Shown: positions 28,101 through 34,516 of the stretch, piece by piece | Numbering within the stretch: the stretch's first letter is position 1 | Layout: every line of letters starts with the position of its first letter | DNA from: an uncultured Methanosarcinales archaeon | Lineage (GTDB): Archaea; Nanobdellota; Nanobdellia; Woesearchaeales; GW2011-AR9 | Direction of reading: 5' to 3' | Assembly: GCA_964464055.1 (NCBI GenBank) | Contig: CAYXEO010000006.1 | Span: 1,293-52,242 of the forward strand | DNA length: 50,950 nucleotides | The notes under the pieces: model-generated | Told to the model about the DNA's origin: nothing | Databases searched by the model: none | The model's input: only the letters and a program-made list of their open reading frames with translations | Position numbers and translations under genes: made by a program

Positions 28101-28636
28101 TAGGGTTCTTTATGATGTTAGGTGGAAGTGGTTATTTAGTTTATTATTATATGTACACTCCTGAAGGAAAGAAGAGTGCTTTGGGTGTTACAGTTAGGCC
28201 AGTTGGAGTTAGTGGAGTTAAAAGACCAACAAGTGTTGTGGGGCAAAAGCCGGTTGTTAAGAAACCAAGTGTATCTTGGAAAGAAAGAATAAATCAACTA
28301 CGTACCAGTCACACAGACAAATTAAAAACACATAAAAGAAAAAGTTTATTTGGTACTTTTGGTAAAGACTCAACAGAAATCCCGCATTTGAAAAAAGTGT
28401 TAAGGATGGACAGACCACACCAAGAGAAAGTAAAAGTTATGGCGGACCATTATACAGAACATAAAGAAGAAATTAAACCAGGATTAAAACATGGTGAGAA
28501 GAGTTTGTTTAATCGGTTGGAACAAATATCTAAACAAACTAAAGAGAAGAAAGTTGGAACAGTAGTAAGTAAAACTGAGGCGAAAGATATTTTCGCGAAA
28601 TTAAAAGGTATTAGTAATAAACGAAAAGAGAATTGA
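22151..28636 (+). CDS. Giant (2161 aa) type I membrane surface protein, multi-domain putative adhesin
   Basis: The leader is MALKKRGLFSVVLLVFLLVLFSG. A Cys module paralogous to the 380-aa protein spans aa 38-178. Two CarboxypepD_reg-like repeats follow (LNISVKDETGVVIQGVNVELVG..., ELQGTITGEDGTLLANAKVSIAG...), then an FN3-like segment. About eight beta-sandwich-like modules end in x-F-x-V-D-x-x-x-P (for example IKFTVDTTSPTI and DSAGNWGEF). TSP3-like calcium motifs follow (DQDNDGFMDSCDDCPD, DTDGDSLPD, DSDDNGVTDD, DFDGDGYNNYEEY). The C-terminus has a P/T/D linker, the TM ILAWILFLLGFFMMLGGSGYLVYYYM and a basic tail. Confidence 0.9.
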   Translation: MALKKRGLFSVVLLVFLLVLFSGSIISEDEDGAISVGGCYYYPEASEDYYCISDTLYSEASADCADYDGCEVDQYFSAGLDCSEMDICDAILCNADCSFSSTVGKCTQLGGEEINDEDYDLWCNPGCCIIEQAPFCGFVSKRFECQQTAINFLGSDSGWDFINPAGMTSSDCTQTHCGGEGATSGLNISVKDETGVVIQGVNVELVGYGKSDITSVDGTVSFSNLVAGSYNVEVSSEGYFTQTVTILVEEGETISHPFTLLEAEGQVELQGTITGEDGTLLANAKVSIAGVMSDFTFTNDTGGYTLTDLPFGNYTIKASKSGYQSAEQNVTLAAEIFIVDFTLSETAFVGISGQTFVDFEGGGTGEAVYGVKIYIDGMFKGVSKPTPEPGNYEFEITVDEEADESETHTISAIYMDYEFAEEEFTISAGQSTIMALLLTRYVGECSEVGDEKPVEEFSVSHVLGKAELNLKWRKPCLEVVGYLVTKTDNEGDNYSFSISSDQINHLDDEVEWGKSYTYEIITNYDDSSSEIVTYGPITVGDEECEDKYHAETGWESFCIAENSETEQFERKSTWTCNNENTLVPIKNCAEMDGEGESYYCSVINSLEAGCKDTGGCKQFGTPFGLYYSADLCYGGNDVQTSADAENYCYFENTDTVAQECKSCHEVESCFDYQSQDACLIDNCLGDTCNWVNGSANNLMLDYGMILPELVTPETGHGYCVEKDYKKDDKCSLCGPDIPPSSLFENYYCTPEVCSGLGGCFSVFTLSACESCGTHPTKEVNCYAYSTALECAGEFGNSIYKSPATGEISLSEDRCEWGRCLWNGNPGSNVGSCVKDGNADKIDDCSLFTSAGDVTACRKDVSAPESKVLPEGVNILSYGHPNVTFYGDDHYHQYSNQRNVMGQVGYCLTPTDSDECIGTSGEDKFTYVDYEGKLQEEFLEVEMINSSYLDGKIIKGDTYKLKYFSLDKYYNQENMKQTFVFIDNVKPEFEHEIETEITGDIADVTIYLSGMEEMMSCEFSLEQTMPPGNTEHLSLSRDAEEKEVVFVGVGGVKHELNITCTDDRDNVQLVSDKIILNLDQDIQLIYPAMGGAISENEFVFKVSTSVGASCTLNKDDGEKVVDFNIIDEVGKIHETTMVSGFVQKEYNGEYQVICHDFYTEEEHVAFFDFVVDFMGPDTTLYLEEGARSEIIAPQKNNGLPNHGWEEYFVDSVNVTFECIEEGVACAESYYCLGDSCPAVAGTGYILFSEPLVVEETTQICYYSKDVSDNPTYPLCGTLFVEGYGIFLESPTLHYYQDEQWGVSNQPNFNFVFSTKVETSECKFDFVPGFNYDSLPDYKMKLPDADYKYVFTNFPESVYTEFSESGSSKAIYIKCKDLLGELGPEQKINLEFDPSAPKIENAYANPVNILDDVETELNVITDDKTLCKYSDNSEGQGSADYQIMEGTFPGYDGKIMNLTHQEIFAIALAPGIFKKDYSLNTMCSNGAGDISEIKELTFNVDFSALGGILSVSPEGYIPDTNVTLTVETNKNAVCLYKLEGVYTSMVGTGGKLHTAQLSGLVEKEYIYPIKCDLSGHKVESEIKFTVDTTSPTITGVDDGGYSCGTNKIKVMVYTDEESIGGYEYEIYDLGEVEQLAAVKNSSETEAEGEEEESSSTADYTSNYYDWGYGSSTDETESSPSVSTPIVSVEDAVTTGVETLVSTGTLGPETPLEVPLTDLSDTHKYLVKVRAGDSAGNWGEFVASDGFLIVDDDFAECEIDENLGVIFTKNNSCTHINVVMKAQTKLGVGEFNYGVHADSGSCGTNTSYGGTSLIFDKAGWVCYYLEDTFGTNKTGKEMINFIDQDNDGFMDSCDDCPDTPAGKIAGPDGCADGQVSVAESQKDTDGDSLPDIWEKINSQEGCLLNYMAIDSDDNGVTDDLEDFDGDGYNNYEEYISGYNPCLADAPIKGNESLEPTDEPGGPDTTDTPYEPTGDGSATILAWILFLLGFFMMLGGSGYLVYYYMYTPEGKKSALGVTVRPVGVSGVKRPTSVVGQKPVVKKPSVSWKERINQLRTSHTDKLKTHKRKSLFGTFGKDSTEIPHLKKVLRMDRPHQEKVKVMADHYTEHKEEIKPGLKHGEKSLFNRLEQISKQTKEKKVGTVVSKTEAKDIFAKLKGISNKRKEN

Positions 28637-28676
28637 GTGATTTAAGAGATGGTAAATGTAAGATGAATAAAAAAAG

Positions 28677-28763
28677 ATGGGTAAAAAAGCCATGACCATC
28701 AACACAATGCTCACATTCGTTGCGCCTTGTATTGATATTTTTAAGGACGGTGAGATAAGATGA
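28677..28763 (+). pseudogene. Relic pilin-like 5' fragment (28-codon mini-ORF) in the spacer
   Basis: MGKKAMTINTMLTFVAPCIDIFKDGEIR mimics the next gene's N-terminus MNKKAMAIGQVFMFLVAALTFALI. It is preceded by a second abortive start, ATGAATAAAAAAAGA, at 28663. Its TGA overlaps ATG 28760 as ATGA. Confidence 0.3.
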
Positions 28764-29347
28764 ATAAAAAAGCTATGGCGATAGGGCAAGTATTTATGTT
28801 TTTAGTAGCGGCGTTAACATTCGCATTAATTATGATTTTTGGGTACAAAGCAATAAACGATTTTATGGCTAGTGGCGAAAATGTTGCTTTTGTACAATTT
28901 AAAACAGATTTAGAAACTTCTGTTAAGAAAATTTATAGTGAATATGGTGCTGTGCGAGTGAAAGAGTATTTTCCCCCGATGAAATACACCCAAATTTGTT
29001 TTGTTGATTTGGACGCAGAACCAGAATCTGGAGAGTTAGAGGAGTTATGTGCAGAAAATCAAGCGGCTTGTATCGCTTGGGAAAGTGCGCAAGAAGAAAG
29101 AGAAATTAATGGAGAAACCATTAAAGGATACAACACTATTGATGAAAACGTATTTTTAACACCTTCTGGAGATGTTAAATTAAAAGTTCATCGATTAAGT
29201 GTGATGGAACTTGATGAAGATGGCGAGGAAATTGGTACAAAAGGATATTTATGCGAAGATATTAAAGCTGGTAAATTTTCATTAGTATTAGAGGGTAAGG
29301 GCGATCGAACAATGTTATCAAATGTTCCAAAGGTCGCTAATGAATAA
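28760..29347 (+). CDS. Pilin-like protein (class III-type N-terminus), 195 aa
   Basis: MNKKA|MAIGQVFMFLVAALTFALIMIF, followed by an acidic globular part with four Cys. Confidence 0.75.
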   Translation: MNKKAMAIGQVFMFLVAALTFALIMIFGYKAINDFMASGENVAFVQFKTDLETSVKKIYSEYGAVRVKEYFPPMKYTQICFVDLDAEPESGELEELCAENQAACIAWESAQEEREINGETIKGYNTIDENVFLTPSGDVKLKVHRLSVMELDEDGEEIGTKGYLCEDIKAGKFSLVLEGKGDRTMLSNVPKVANE

Positions 29348-29428
29348 ATAGCCACATTCGTTTCGTTTGTGTTTTATAAATGTTATATGTTTTATTAATT
29401 AACTTGTATAAACGTAAAAGCAAAAAAG

Positions 29429-30562
29429 ATGACTCAAAAGAAAGCACAAATCGCCATAACATTTAACTGGATATACATTGCTATAGCTGGGGCGGTGATT
29501 TTGATGTTTTTTGTCGGTATTGTAGTAAAACAACAAGCCTCTTCTGAAAAGAATTTAGTTATTAATGTAGTAACGACCATGAAATCTATTTTTACTGGTG
29601 CAGGTGTTTCTGAGAAGACTAAGAACTTTATTAGTACCAGTAGCTTGAAAGATTACACTTTATATTTCGATTGTTATGGTGGTGTGAGTGAGTTTGGGAT
29701 AAAAGACCAAGAGATGCGGATGCAAGAATTAATCCATCCAATTTTTTCACCTTACGAATTAAAAACAAATAAAATTATCACCTGGAGTTTGCCTTACAAA
29801 TTACCTTATAAAATAATTGATTTTCTTTTTGTAACTTCTGATAACACAATCTATTATATTGCCGGTGATGGCAATGGATTTGTTGGTGAGTTTATTAATG
29901 CCACAGAAGATTTTGGGAATGTGAAAATGTTCGGAAAAATTGAAGATTATAATTTAATTGAAATAGGTAATAGTTATCAAGTGAGGTTCATCGATTTTGA
30001 TAGTACCACTAACATTTGTGAAAATTGTGGCGTACCAAGTTCTTTATGGGATTTGCCGGACGATAAAGTTACTGCGGTTTCTTTTTCCGGAACTTTGTTT
30101 AACAAAGTCACATATTTCCAAAAAGAAGGAACTCAATGGAAGAAAACTAATGATGAAGATGTACGTGTCGTTTCTTTAGGTGGGGAAAGGGACGCTGCAA
30201 AGTATGCCGCAATTTTTTCTGCTGATGGAGAAATGTATAATTGTAATATGAAAAAGGCATTTCAGCGGTTAGAAGTACTTAATGAGGTTTATGGTGGTAG
30301 TGAAATTAGTAATTATCAACCAGGTAATAAATTATTAGAATTAATAGAGATTTACGAACCATTAAAATCCACTAAACCGTTATGTATTGGACATTTGGAA
30401 TTGTTCGATGATAATCTGAAGTATGCGTTAGGAGATCATCAAGTAAACACACTTTCATGCATGATTTCACAGGAATCTAGTTGTTTAAAAGCTGTAGAAA
30501 GTGCGGTGGCAATAAAAAAATTGAACGAAGATCTGAATAGAGATTGTTTAACTTTATATTGA
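29429..30562 (+). CDS. Pilin-like protein, 377 aa
   Basis: MTQKKA|QIAITFNWIYIAIAGAVILMFFVGIVV. No recognisable domain after the helix. Confidence 0.75.
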   Translation: MTQKKAQIAITFNWIYIAIAGAVILMFFVGIVVKQQASSEKNLVINVVTTMKSIFTGAGVSEKTKNFISTSSLKDYTLYFDCYGGVSEFGIKDQEMRMQELIHPIFSPYELKTNKIITWSLPYKLPYKIIDFLFVTSDNTIYYIAGDGNGFVGEFINATEDFGNVKMFGKIEDYNLIEIGNSYQVRFIDFDSTTNICENCGVPSSLWDLPDDKVTAVSFSGTLFNKVTYFQKEGTQWKKTNDEDVRVVSLGGERDAAKYAAIFSADGEMYNCNMKKAFQRLEVLNEVYGGSEISNYQPGNKLLELIEIYEPLKSTKPLCIGHLELFDDNLKYALGDHQVNTLSCMISQESSCLKAVESAVAIKKLNEDLNRDCLTLY

Positions 30563-30579
30563 GCACAAAAAACAATAAA

Positions 30580-31095
30580 ATGGGTAAAAACAAAAACAAA
30601 GGAAGGAGAAATAAAAAAGGTCAAGCTAGATTATCAGAGTCAGTAGCAGTAATGTTTATTTTCTTTGTTTTAGTTTTGTTCGGGATAATGTTTTATTATA
30701 AATATTCACAAATAGCGATGGTTGAGAAAGAAGAAAGATTAGTTGATGAACGAGCTATAGATATGACTTTAAGAACTTTATTTTTACCAGAACTAATGTG
30801 TACTAGGGGTAAGGCAGAACCGGAAGATAATTGTGTTGACATGATGAAAGTTAGACATGTGAATAACACTTTTCAATATTTTGATTACTATTTTAATTTG
30901 TTTGGTTATGCCAAGATAGTGGTATATGAAACTTATCCAGGTAACAATAATTGGGTACTTTATGACAGACAAAGAATTAATACTTCAATGGAATATCGTC
31001 CGACATTTTTCATCGTCACCTTGAAAGATGAAGCAAGCAATTTGGTGGAAGCAGATTATAGGTTTGGATATTTAGAAGTGGGGATTTATACTTGA
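30580..31095 (+). CDS. Pilin-like protein, 171 aa
   Basis: ATG 30580 is preferred over the track's TTG 30544, which overlaps the previous gene. The N-terminus is MGKNKNKGRRNKKG|QARLSESVAVMFIFFVLVLFGIMFYY. Confidence 0.7.
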   Translation: MGKNKNKGRRNKKGQARLSESVAVMFIFFVLVLFGIMFYYKYSQIAMVEKEERLVDERAIDMTLRTLFLPELMCTRGKAEPEDNCVDMMKVRHVNNTFQYFDYYFNLFGYAKIVVYETYPGNNNWVLYDRQRINTSMEYRPTFFIVTLKDEASNLVEADYRFGYLEVGIYT

Positions 31096-31110
31096 TAAGT
31101 GGTTGTAGAA

Positions 31111-31668
31111 ATGAAATTTAAAAAAGGGAATAAACGAGCACAAATGGAAATGGCCGGATTAGTTGTCATAGTTATACTTATTACGCTTGGGATGTTATTC
31201 ATGGCACAGTTTGCAATGAAGGATGACGGGAAGAAAAAGATATTTACCAGAAAAGGTTTAGCTTACAGTGCTATGGGGGGGTTCATGAAAGTTTCGATTA
31301 ATGATTCGCAGTGTTCACCAGGATATATTGGTAGTCAAAGCCCAAGGTTAGGAAAGGAGTTAATAGAAGATTGCGCCAATAATCCGTCTGGCGTGAGTGA
31401 TTCGATTTATAATTGTCGTGGGTTACATACTTGTGAGTTTTTACAACAGTTTATCACAGAACAGTTAAATGAAACATTAGGTGTTTGGGGTAAGGATTAC
31501 ATTTTCACTTCTAAACTAATTATTCCAGACACAGAAAATGTAGTTAAACTTTTTGATTATATTAAAGGTGGTAATGGTTGTCCGAAATGGAAAGATCGTG
31601 ATGGGTCAGGATTATTCCCTATACACACAGGTAGTGGTTTAGTAGAAAATGAGTTGTATTTGTGTTAA
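31111..31668 (+). CDS. Pilin-like protein, 185 aa
   Basis: ATG 31111 is preferred over GTG 31099. The N-terminus is MKFKKGNKRA|QMEMAGLVVIVILITLGMLFMAQF. Confidence 0.7.
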   Translation: MKFKKGNKRAQMEMAGLVVIVILITLGMLFMAQFAMKDDGKKKIFTRKGLAYSAMGGFMKVSINDSQCSPGYIGSQSPRLGKELIEDCANNPSGVSDSIYNCRGLHTCEFLQQFITEQLNETLGVWGKDYIFTSKLIIPDTENVVKLFDYIKGGNGCPKWKDRDGSGLFPIHTGSGLVENELYLC

Positions 31669-31693
31669 ATAAATCAACCTTACCAACGTAAGA

Positions 31694-31701
31694 TTTATAT
31701 A
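31694..31701 (+). promoter_or_regulatory. Candidate TATA box ahead of the small pilin-like genes
   Basis: TTTATATA lies in the 93-nt spacer. A second TTTATATTA is at about 31731. The SD-like TGAGGT at 31746-31751 precedes ATG 31762. Confidence 0.3.
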
Positions 31702-31761
31702 GTATTTTTTCTTCCTTTACTTTATATTATAGTTAATAAAAAAAATGAGGTAAGATAAAAA

Positions 31762-32037
31762 ATGTTTAATAATAAAAAAGGTCAAGGTATGTCGTTGAAT
31801 GTTGTTATTGTAGCGGCGTTAGCACTGATAGTTTTGGTAGTTCTAATAATGGTTTTTACTGGGCGAATGGGAAATTTCCAAGAAGGTATAAGTAACGAAG
31901 GTAAAGCAGAATTGGTAAAGATGCGAGTTAATTATGGATCTTGTCATCCAGGTGCAGTTCCTGAAGCAGGGTTTGATTTAGAACTTAGTAAAGCAGAAAC
32001 AACCGAAGAAAAAGCATACGCAAAAGCTTTATTCTAA
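31762..32037 (+). CDS. Small pilin-like protein (91 aa), candidate major subunit
   Basis: MFNNKKG|QGMSLNVVIVAALALIVLVVLIMVFTG has the K-G-Q layout typical of archaeal type IV pilins. The gene is short and has its own spacer, promoter-like signal and SD. Confidence 0.75.
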   Translation: MFNNKKGQGMSLNVVIVAALALIVLVVLIMVFTGRMGNFQEGISNEGKAELVKMRVNYGSCHPGAVPEAGFDLELSKAETTEEKAYAKALF

Positions 32038-32114
32038 GAAGAAATTGCTAATTGTAAACAAATGAGTGATGATAAAGGTGTTTGTGAAGACTCTGGATGT
32101 GTTTGGAATTAAAA

Positions 32115-32420
32115 ATGAAACTTAACAAAAAAGGTTCCGCAAACATGTGGTGGATCATCATCGGCGCTGTTGTGGCGTTAGTGGTCATGATAGTTTTGAT
32201 GATGTTGTTCACTGGTAAAAGCAACAAATTAGAAATTGGACTTATGGATTGTGCAGGTAAAGGAGGTGAATGTCTGGCTGTAAATGAATGTAAAGATACA
32301 AAAGATGTTGAGGCGACAATATCTAGGGCGTTTGATTGTCCAACTGATACAGGTACCCAATCAATAACTGGAAATATTTGTTGTTTTAAGGATGCTAAAA
32401 CAACTAACCTCAACAAATAA
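32115..32420 (+). CDS. Small pilin-like protein (101 aa)
   Basis: ATG 32115 is preferred over the track start 32097. The N-terminus is MKLNKKG|SANMWWIIIGAVVALVVMIVLMMLFTG. The mature part has six Cys. Confidence 0.75.
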   Translation: MKLNKKGSANMWWIIIGAVVALVVMIVLMMLFTGKSNKLEIGLMDCAGKGGECLAVNECKDTKDVEATISRAFDCPTDTGTQSITGNICCFKDAKTTNLNK

Positions 32421-32423
32421 ACC

Positions 32424-32552
32424 ATGTTTCGTTCAAAAAAAGGTGTTGACTGGATGAGTCCAAGTATGTTGGTGATAATTATATTAGCTATTATCTTGGG
32501 CGTTTCTTTACTTTATTATGTTTGGTCAATGAAAGCGAGGTTAGCAATATGA
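32424..32552 (+). CDS. Unlisted 42-aa pilin-like mini-protein
   Basis: This ORF is below the track's size cutoff. It reads MFRSKKG|VDWMSPSMLVIIILAIILGVSLLYYVWSMKARLAI. It starts 3 nt after the previous stop, and its TGA overlaps the next ATG as ATGA. Confidence 0.5.
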   Translation: MFRSKKGVDWMSPSMLVIIILAIILGVSLLYYVWSMKARLAI

Positions 32553-32704
32553 AATCTAAAAAAGCGACGATAGAGATGAGCAAATTGATTGTGTTCATTT
32601 TGGTTGTAATTTTGTTAATTTTTTTGATGGTTTGGTACGGTTACCTTGCAGAAGGTAGGGGTGGATTAGGAGACATGATGGGGAAAATGTTAGATTTTAT
32701 GTAA
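32549..32704 (+). CDS. 51-aa pilin-like mini-protein
   Basis: ATG 32549 is preferred over TTG 32522. The sequence is MKSKKA|TIEMSKLIVFILVVILLIFLMVWYGYLAEGRGGLGDMMGKMLDFM. Confidence 0.5.
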   Translation: MKSKKATIEMSKLIVFILVVILLIFLMVWYGYLAEGRGGLGDMMGKMLDFM

Positions 32705-32705
32705 A

Positions 32706-33491
32706 ATGGTAGCGATGAACAAATTAGTAACATTCATTATTGTGATAATGTTCGCAGGAATTTTTGCTGCGGTACTTTATTCTCCCAGTGGGGCGTTTGA
32801 GAAAGGTAAAGGGGCATTGGAAGGTGCAAAAGAAATTGTGCCAAATATATCTATTGGAGATAAAGCATTAATGGGTGGAACACCAGAGGTAGCTTCTATT
32901 CATCGACAAGAAATTACTAATATGGTTCGAATTATTAATGACATGCTGAATAGTTCAAAATCAAGTTCTGACTGTTTTAATAATTATGGTGGATTTACAG
33001 ATCTCGGAGAAGACGATGGGGCAGTAACTATCAGTTTAGCATACAATGGAGTGAATGGCACACAATTAACTGTTAATGGTGGTGTAGGAGGAAAACAGAT
33101 TATTACAGATTTACGAGAATTTTTTCCTAACATGCGTCCTTGTGTAATTGCTACTGGAAATATTGCGAGTAATTTTTATGAAAAATTTATCGAAGGTGAT
33201 GATGTATCTAATTATTATAAGTTTGTAAATTCAATAACTATAAAATACGATTTTGATAACTGGAATGAAAACAGAATTGATTATGATGGTAGTGGGCCAA
33301 TTGATTTTGAAGGACATACATGGCTGTTTACTCCGGATAACACCCACATTTGTTTTTTTCCAACAGAAGATGGAAATGCAGGTTGTGATGGAGATGGTTC
33401 TGAAGGTTTAGATGATGATTGTCTAATTGATACAACAGAAAAAACAAGTGTTCCTTATCGTATAAACAATGGACCATTAAAAAAATGTTAA
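32706..33491 (+). CDS. N-terminally anchored or secreted protein (261 aa), the only island member lacking the KK[GA] motif
   Basis: MVAMNKLVTFIIVIMFAGIFAAVLY is followed by a globular part ending in the acidic Cys motif GNAGCDGDGSEGLDDDC. Confidence 0.75.
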   Translation: MVAMNKLVTFIIVIMFAGIFAAVLYSPSGAFEKGKGALEGAKEIVPNISIGDKALMGGTPEVASIHRQEITNMVRIINDMLNSSKSSSDCFNNYGGFTDLGEDDGAVTISLAYNGVNGTQLTVNGGVGGKQIITDLREFFPNMRPCVIATGNIASNFYEKFIEGDDVSNYYKFVNSITIKYDFDNWNENRIDYDGSGPIDFEGHTWLFTPDNTHICFFPTEDGNAGCDGDGSEGLDDDCLIDTTEKTSVPYRINNGPLKKC

Positions 33492-34483
33492 GAAAGGTGA
33501 ATAAAAAAGGGTTGGCTGCTGGACAGCTGGTAATGATTATAATTGTTCTAGTTGCTTTTGTGTTGATTGCTGGAACTGTTTCTAGATTTATGTCTAAAGC
33601 AGAACCGAAAGAAGCAGAAATCATGTGTTATAATAGTATTAACATGCGGGTTCAAAGTTCTATCCAAGTAAATTCCGGATTAGTTGAAGGAAATTTAAAA
33701 TTAATTCCACCAATGTGTAAAACGATAGATTTGAAAATAACAGGTAATCGGGAAGAATTATTGGAACAAATTGCTTATGCTTCTGCTAGATGTTGGTGGA
33801 TGTTTGGCGAGGGGAGATATGAAGATTTGTTACGTACTACAGGAGAATCTATCACAGTTTTACCAAGTATATTTAATGTTGATCATTATGATAATAAATG
33901 TTTTAATTGTTATACTCTTTTAGTTGATCAAGATGAGATAGAAGGAGGTAACATTGGCCCTGAAGATATTCAAAAATATATGGTTGAAAAAGATCATAGA
34001 CAAATAAAAGGGTTAAGTTATTTAGATTATATTCAAAGTTATGGTGGCCCTGGAAGGATGGTTTTTACTATGCCCGTAATAGCTCCCAGAGAATCTTATT
34101 CAATTTCTATCGTGCCTAAATTGGCACAAAAGACGGGTAGTTTCTGGAATTCACTTGGAAAATTTATTGTGGGCGCCGCAGTAGTTATAGCTGTCGTAGG
34201 TGGTGTGGCCTGTGTTGTGGCAACTGCGGGTGCTTGTGCTGCCGTACTTGGTCCTGCAGGAGCAGCTTTAGCAGCGACAGGCGCAGTTATGACAGGTTCA
34301 TCTTTGGCAATTGGTATTACTGTTGCAGGAGGTCTTGCGGCAGGGTACGTGGGTACAAAGAGTTACATGGAAATGGTTAACAAATTTTTTGATGCGTCTG
34401 AAAGAGATGTAAGTTCTGTTTTTGTTAGTTTTTTAGAAGTTGGTCAACAAAAATGTGGGTCTGGAGACCTAGCGGGAGAATAA
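33485..34483 (+). CDS. Pilin-like N-terminus plus C-terminal Gly/Ala-rich multi-TM region (332 aa)
   Basis: The N-terminus is MLRKVNKKG|LAAGQLVMIIIVLVAFVLIAG. The C-terminus is GKFIVGAAVVIAVVGGVACVVATAGACAAVLGPAGAALAATGAVMTGSSLAIGITVAGGLAAGYVG. It overlaps the previous gene by 7 nt. Confidence 0.75.
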   Translation: MLRKVNKKGLAAGQLVMIIIVLVAFVLIAGTVSRFMSKAEPKEAEIMCYNSINMRVQSSIQVNSGLVEGNLKLIPPMCKTIDLKITGNREELLEQIAYASARCWWMFGEGRYEDLLRTTGESITVLPSIFNVDHYDNKCFNCYTLLVDQDEIEGGNIGPEDIQKYMVEKDHRQIKGLSYLDYIQSYGGPGRMVFTMPVIAPRESYSISIVPKLAQKTGSFWNSLGKFIVGAAVVIAVVGGVACVVATAGACAAVLGPAGAALAATGAVMTGSSLAIGITVAGGLAAGYVGTKSYMEMVNKFFDASERDVSSVFVSFLEVGQQKCGSGDLAGE

Positions 34484-34516
34484 ATTTATAATTATAAAAA
34501 AAGAGGTATGACGAAA

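Noticed and set aside
22151-28636. Numerous 60-140-aa ORFs in other frames or on the other strand within the giant genes (for example 23955-24371, 26967-27287, 27578-27838, 16708-17142 and 13065-13473)
   Set aside because: They are shadow ORFs inside long, coherent coding frames. Their translations are low-complexity.
32048-32425. 125-aa minus-strand ORF across the small pilin genes
   Set aside because: It is antisense to two + strand genes that carry the recurrent KKG+helix signature and sit in an operon context.
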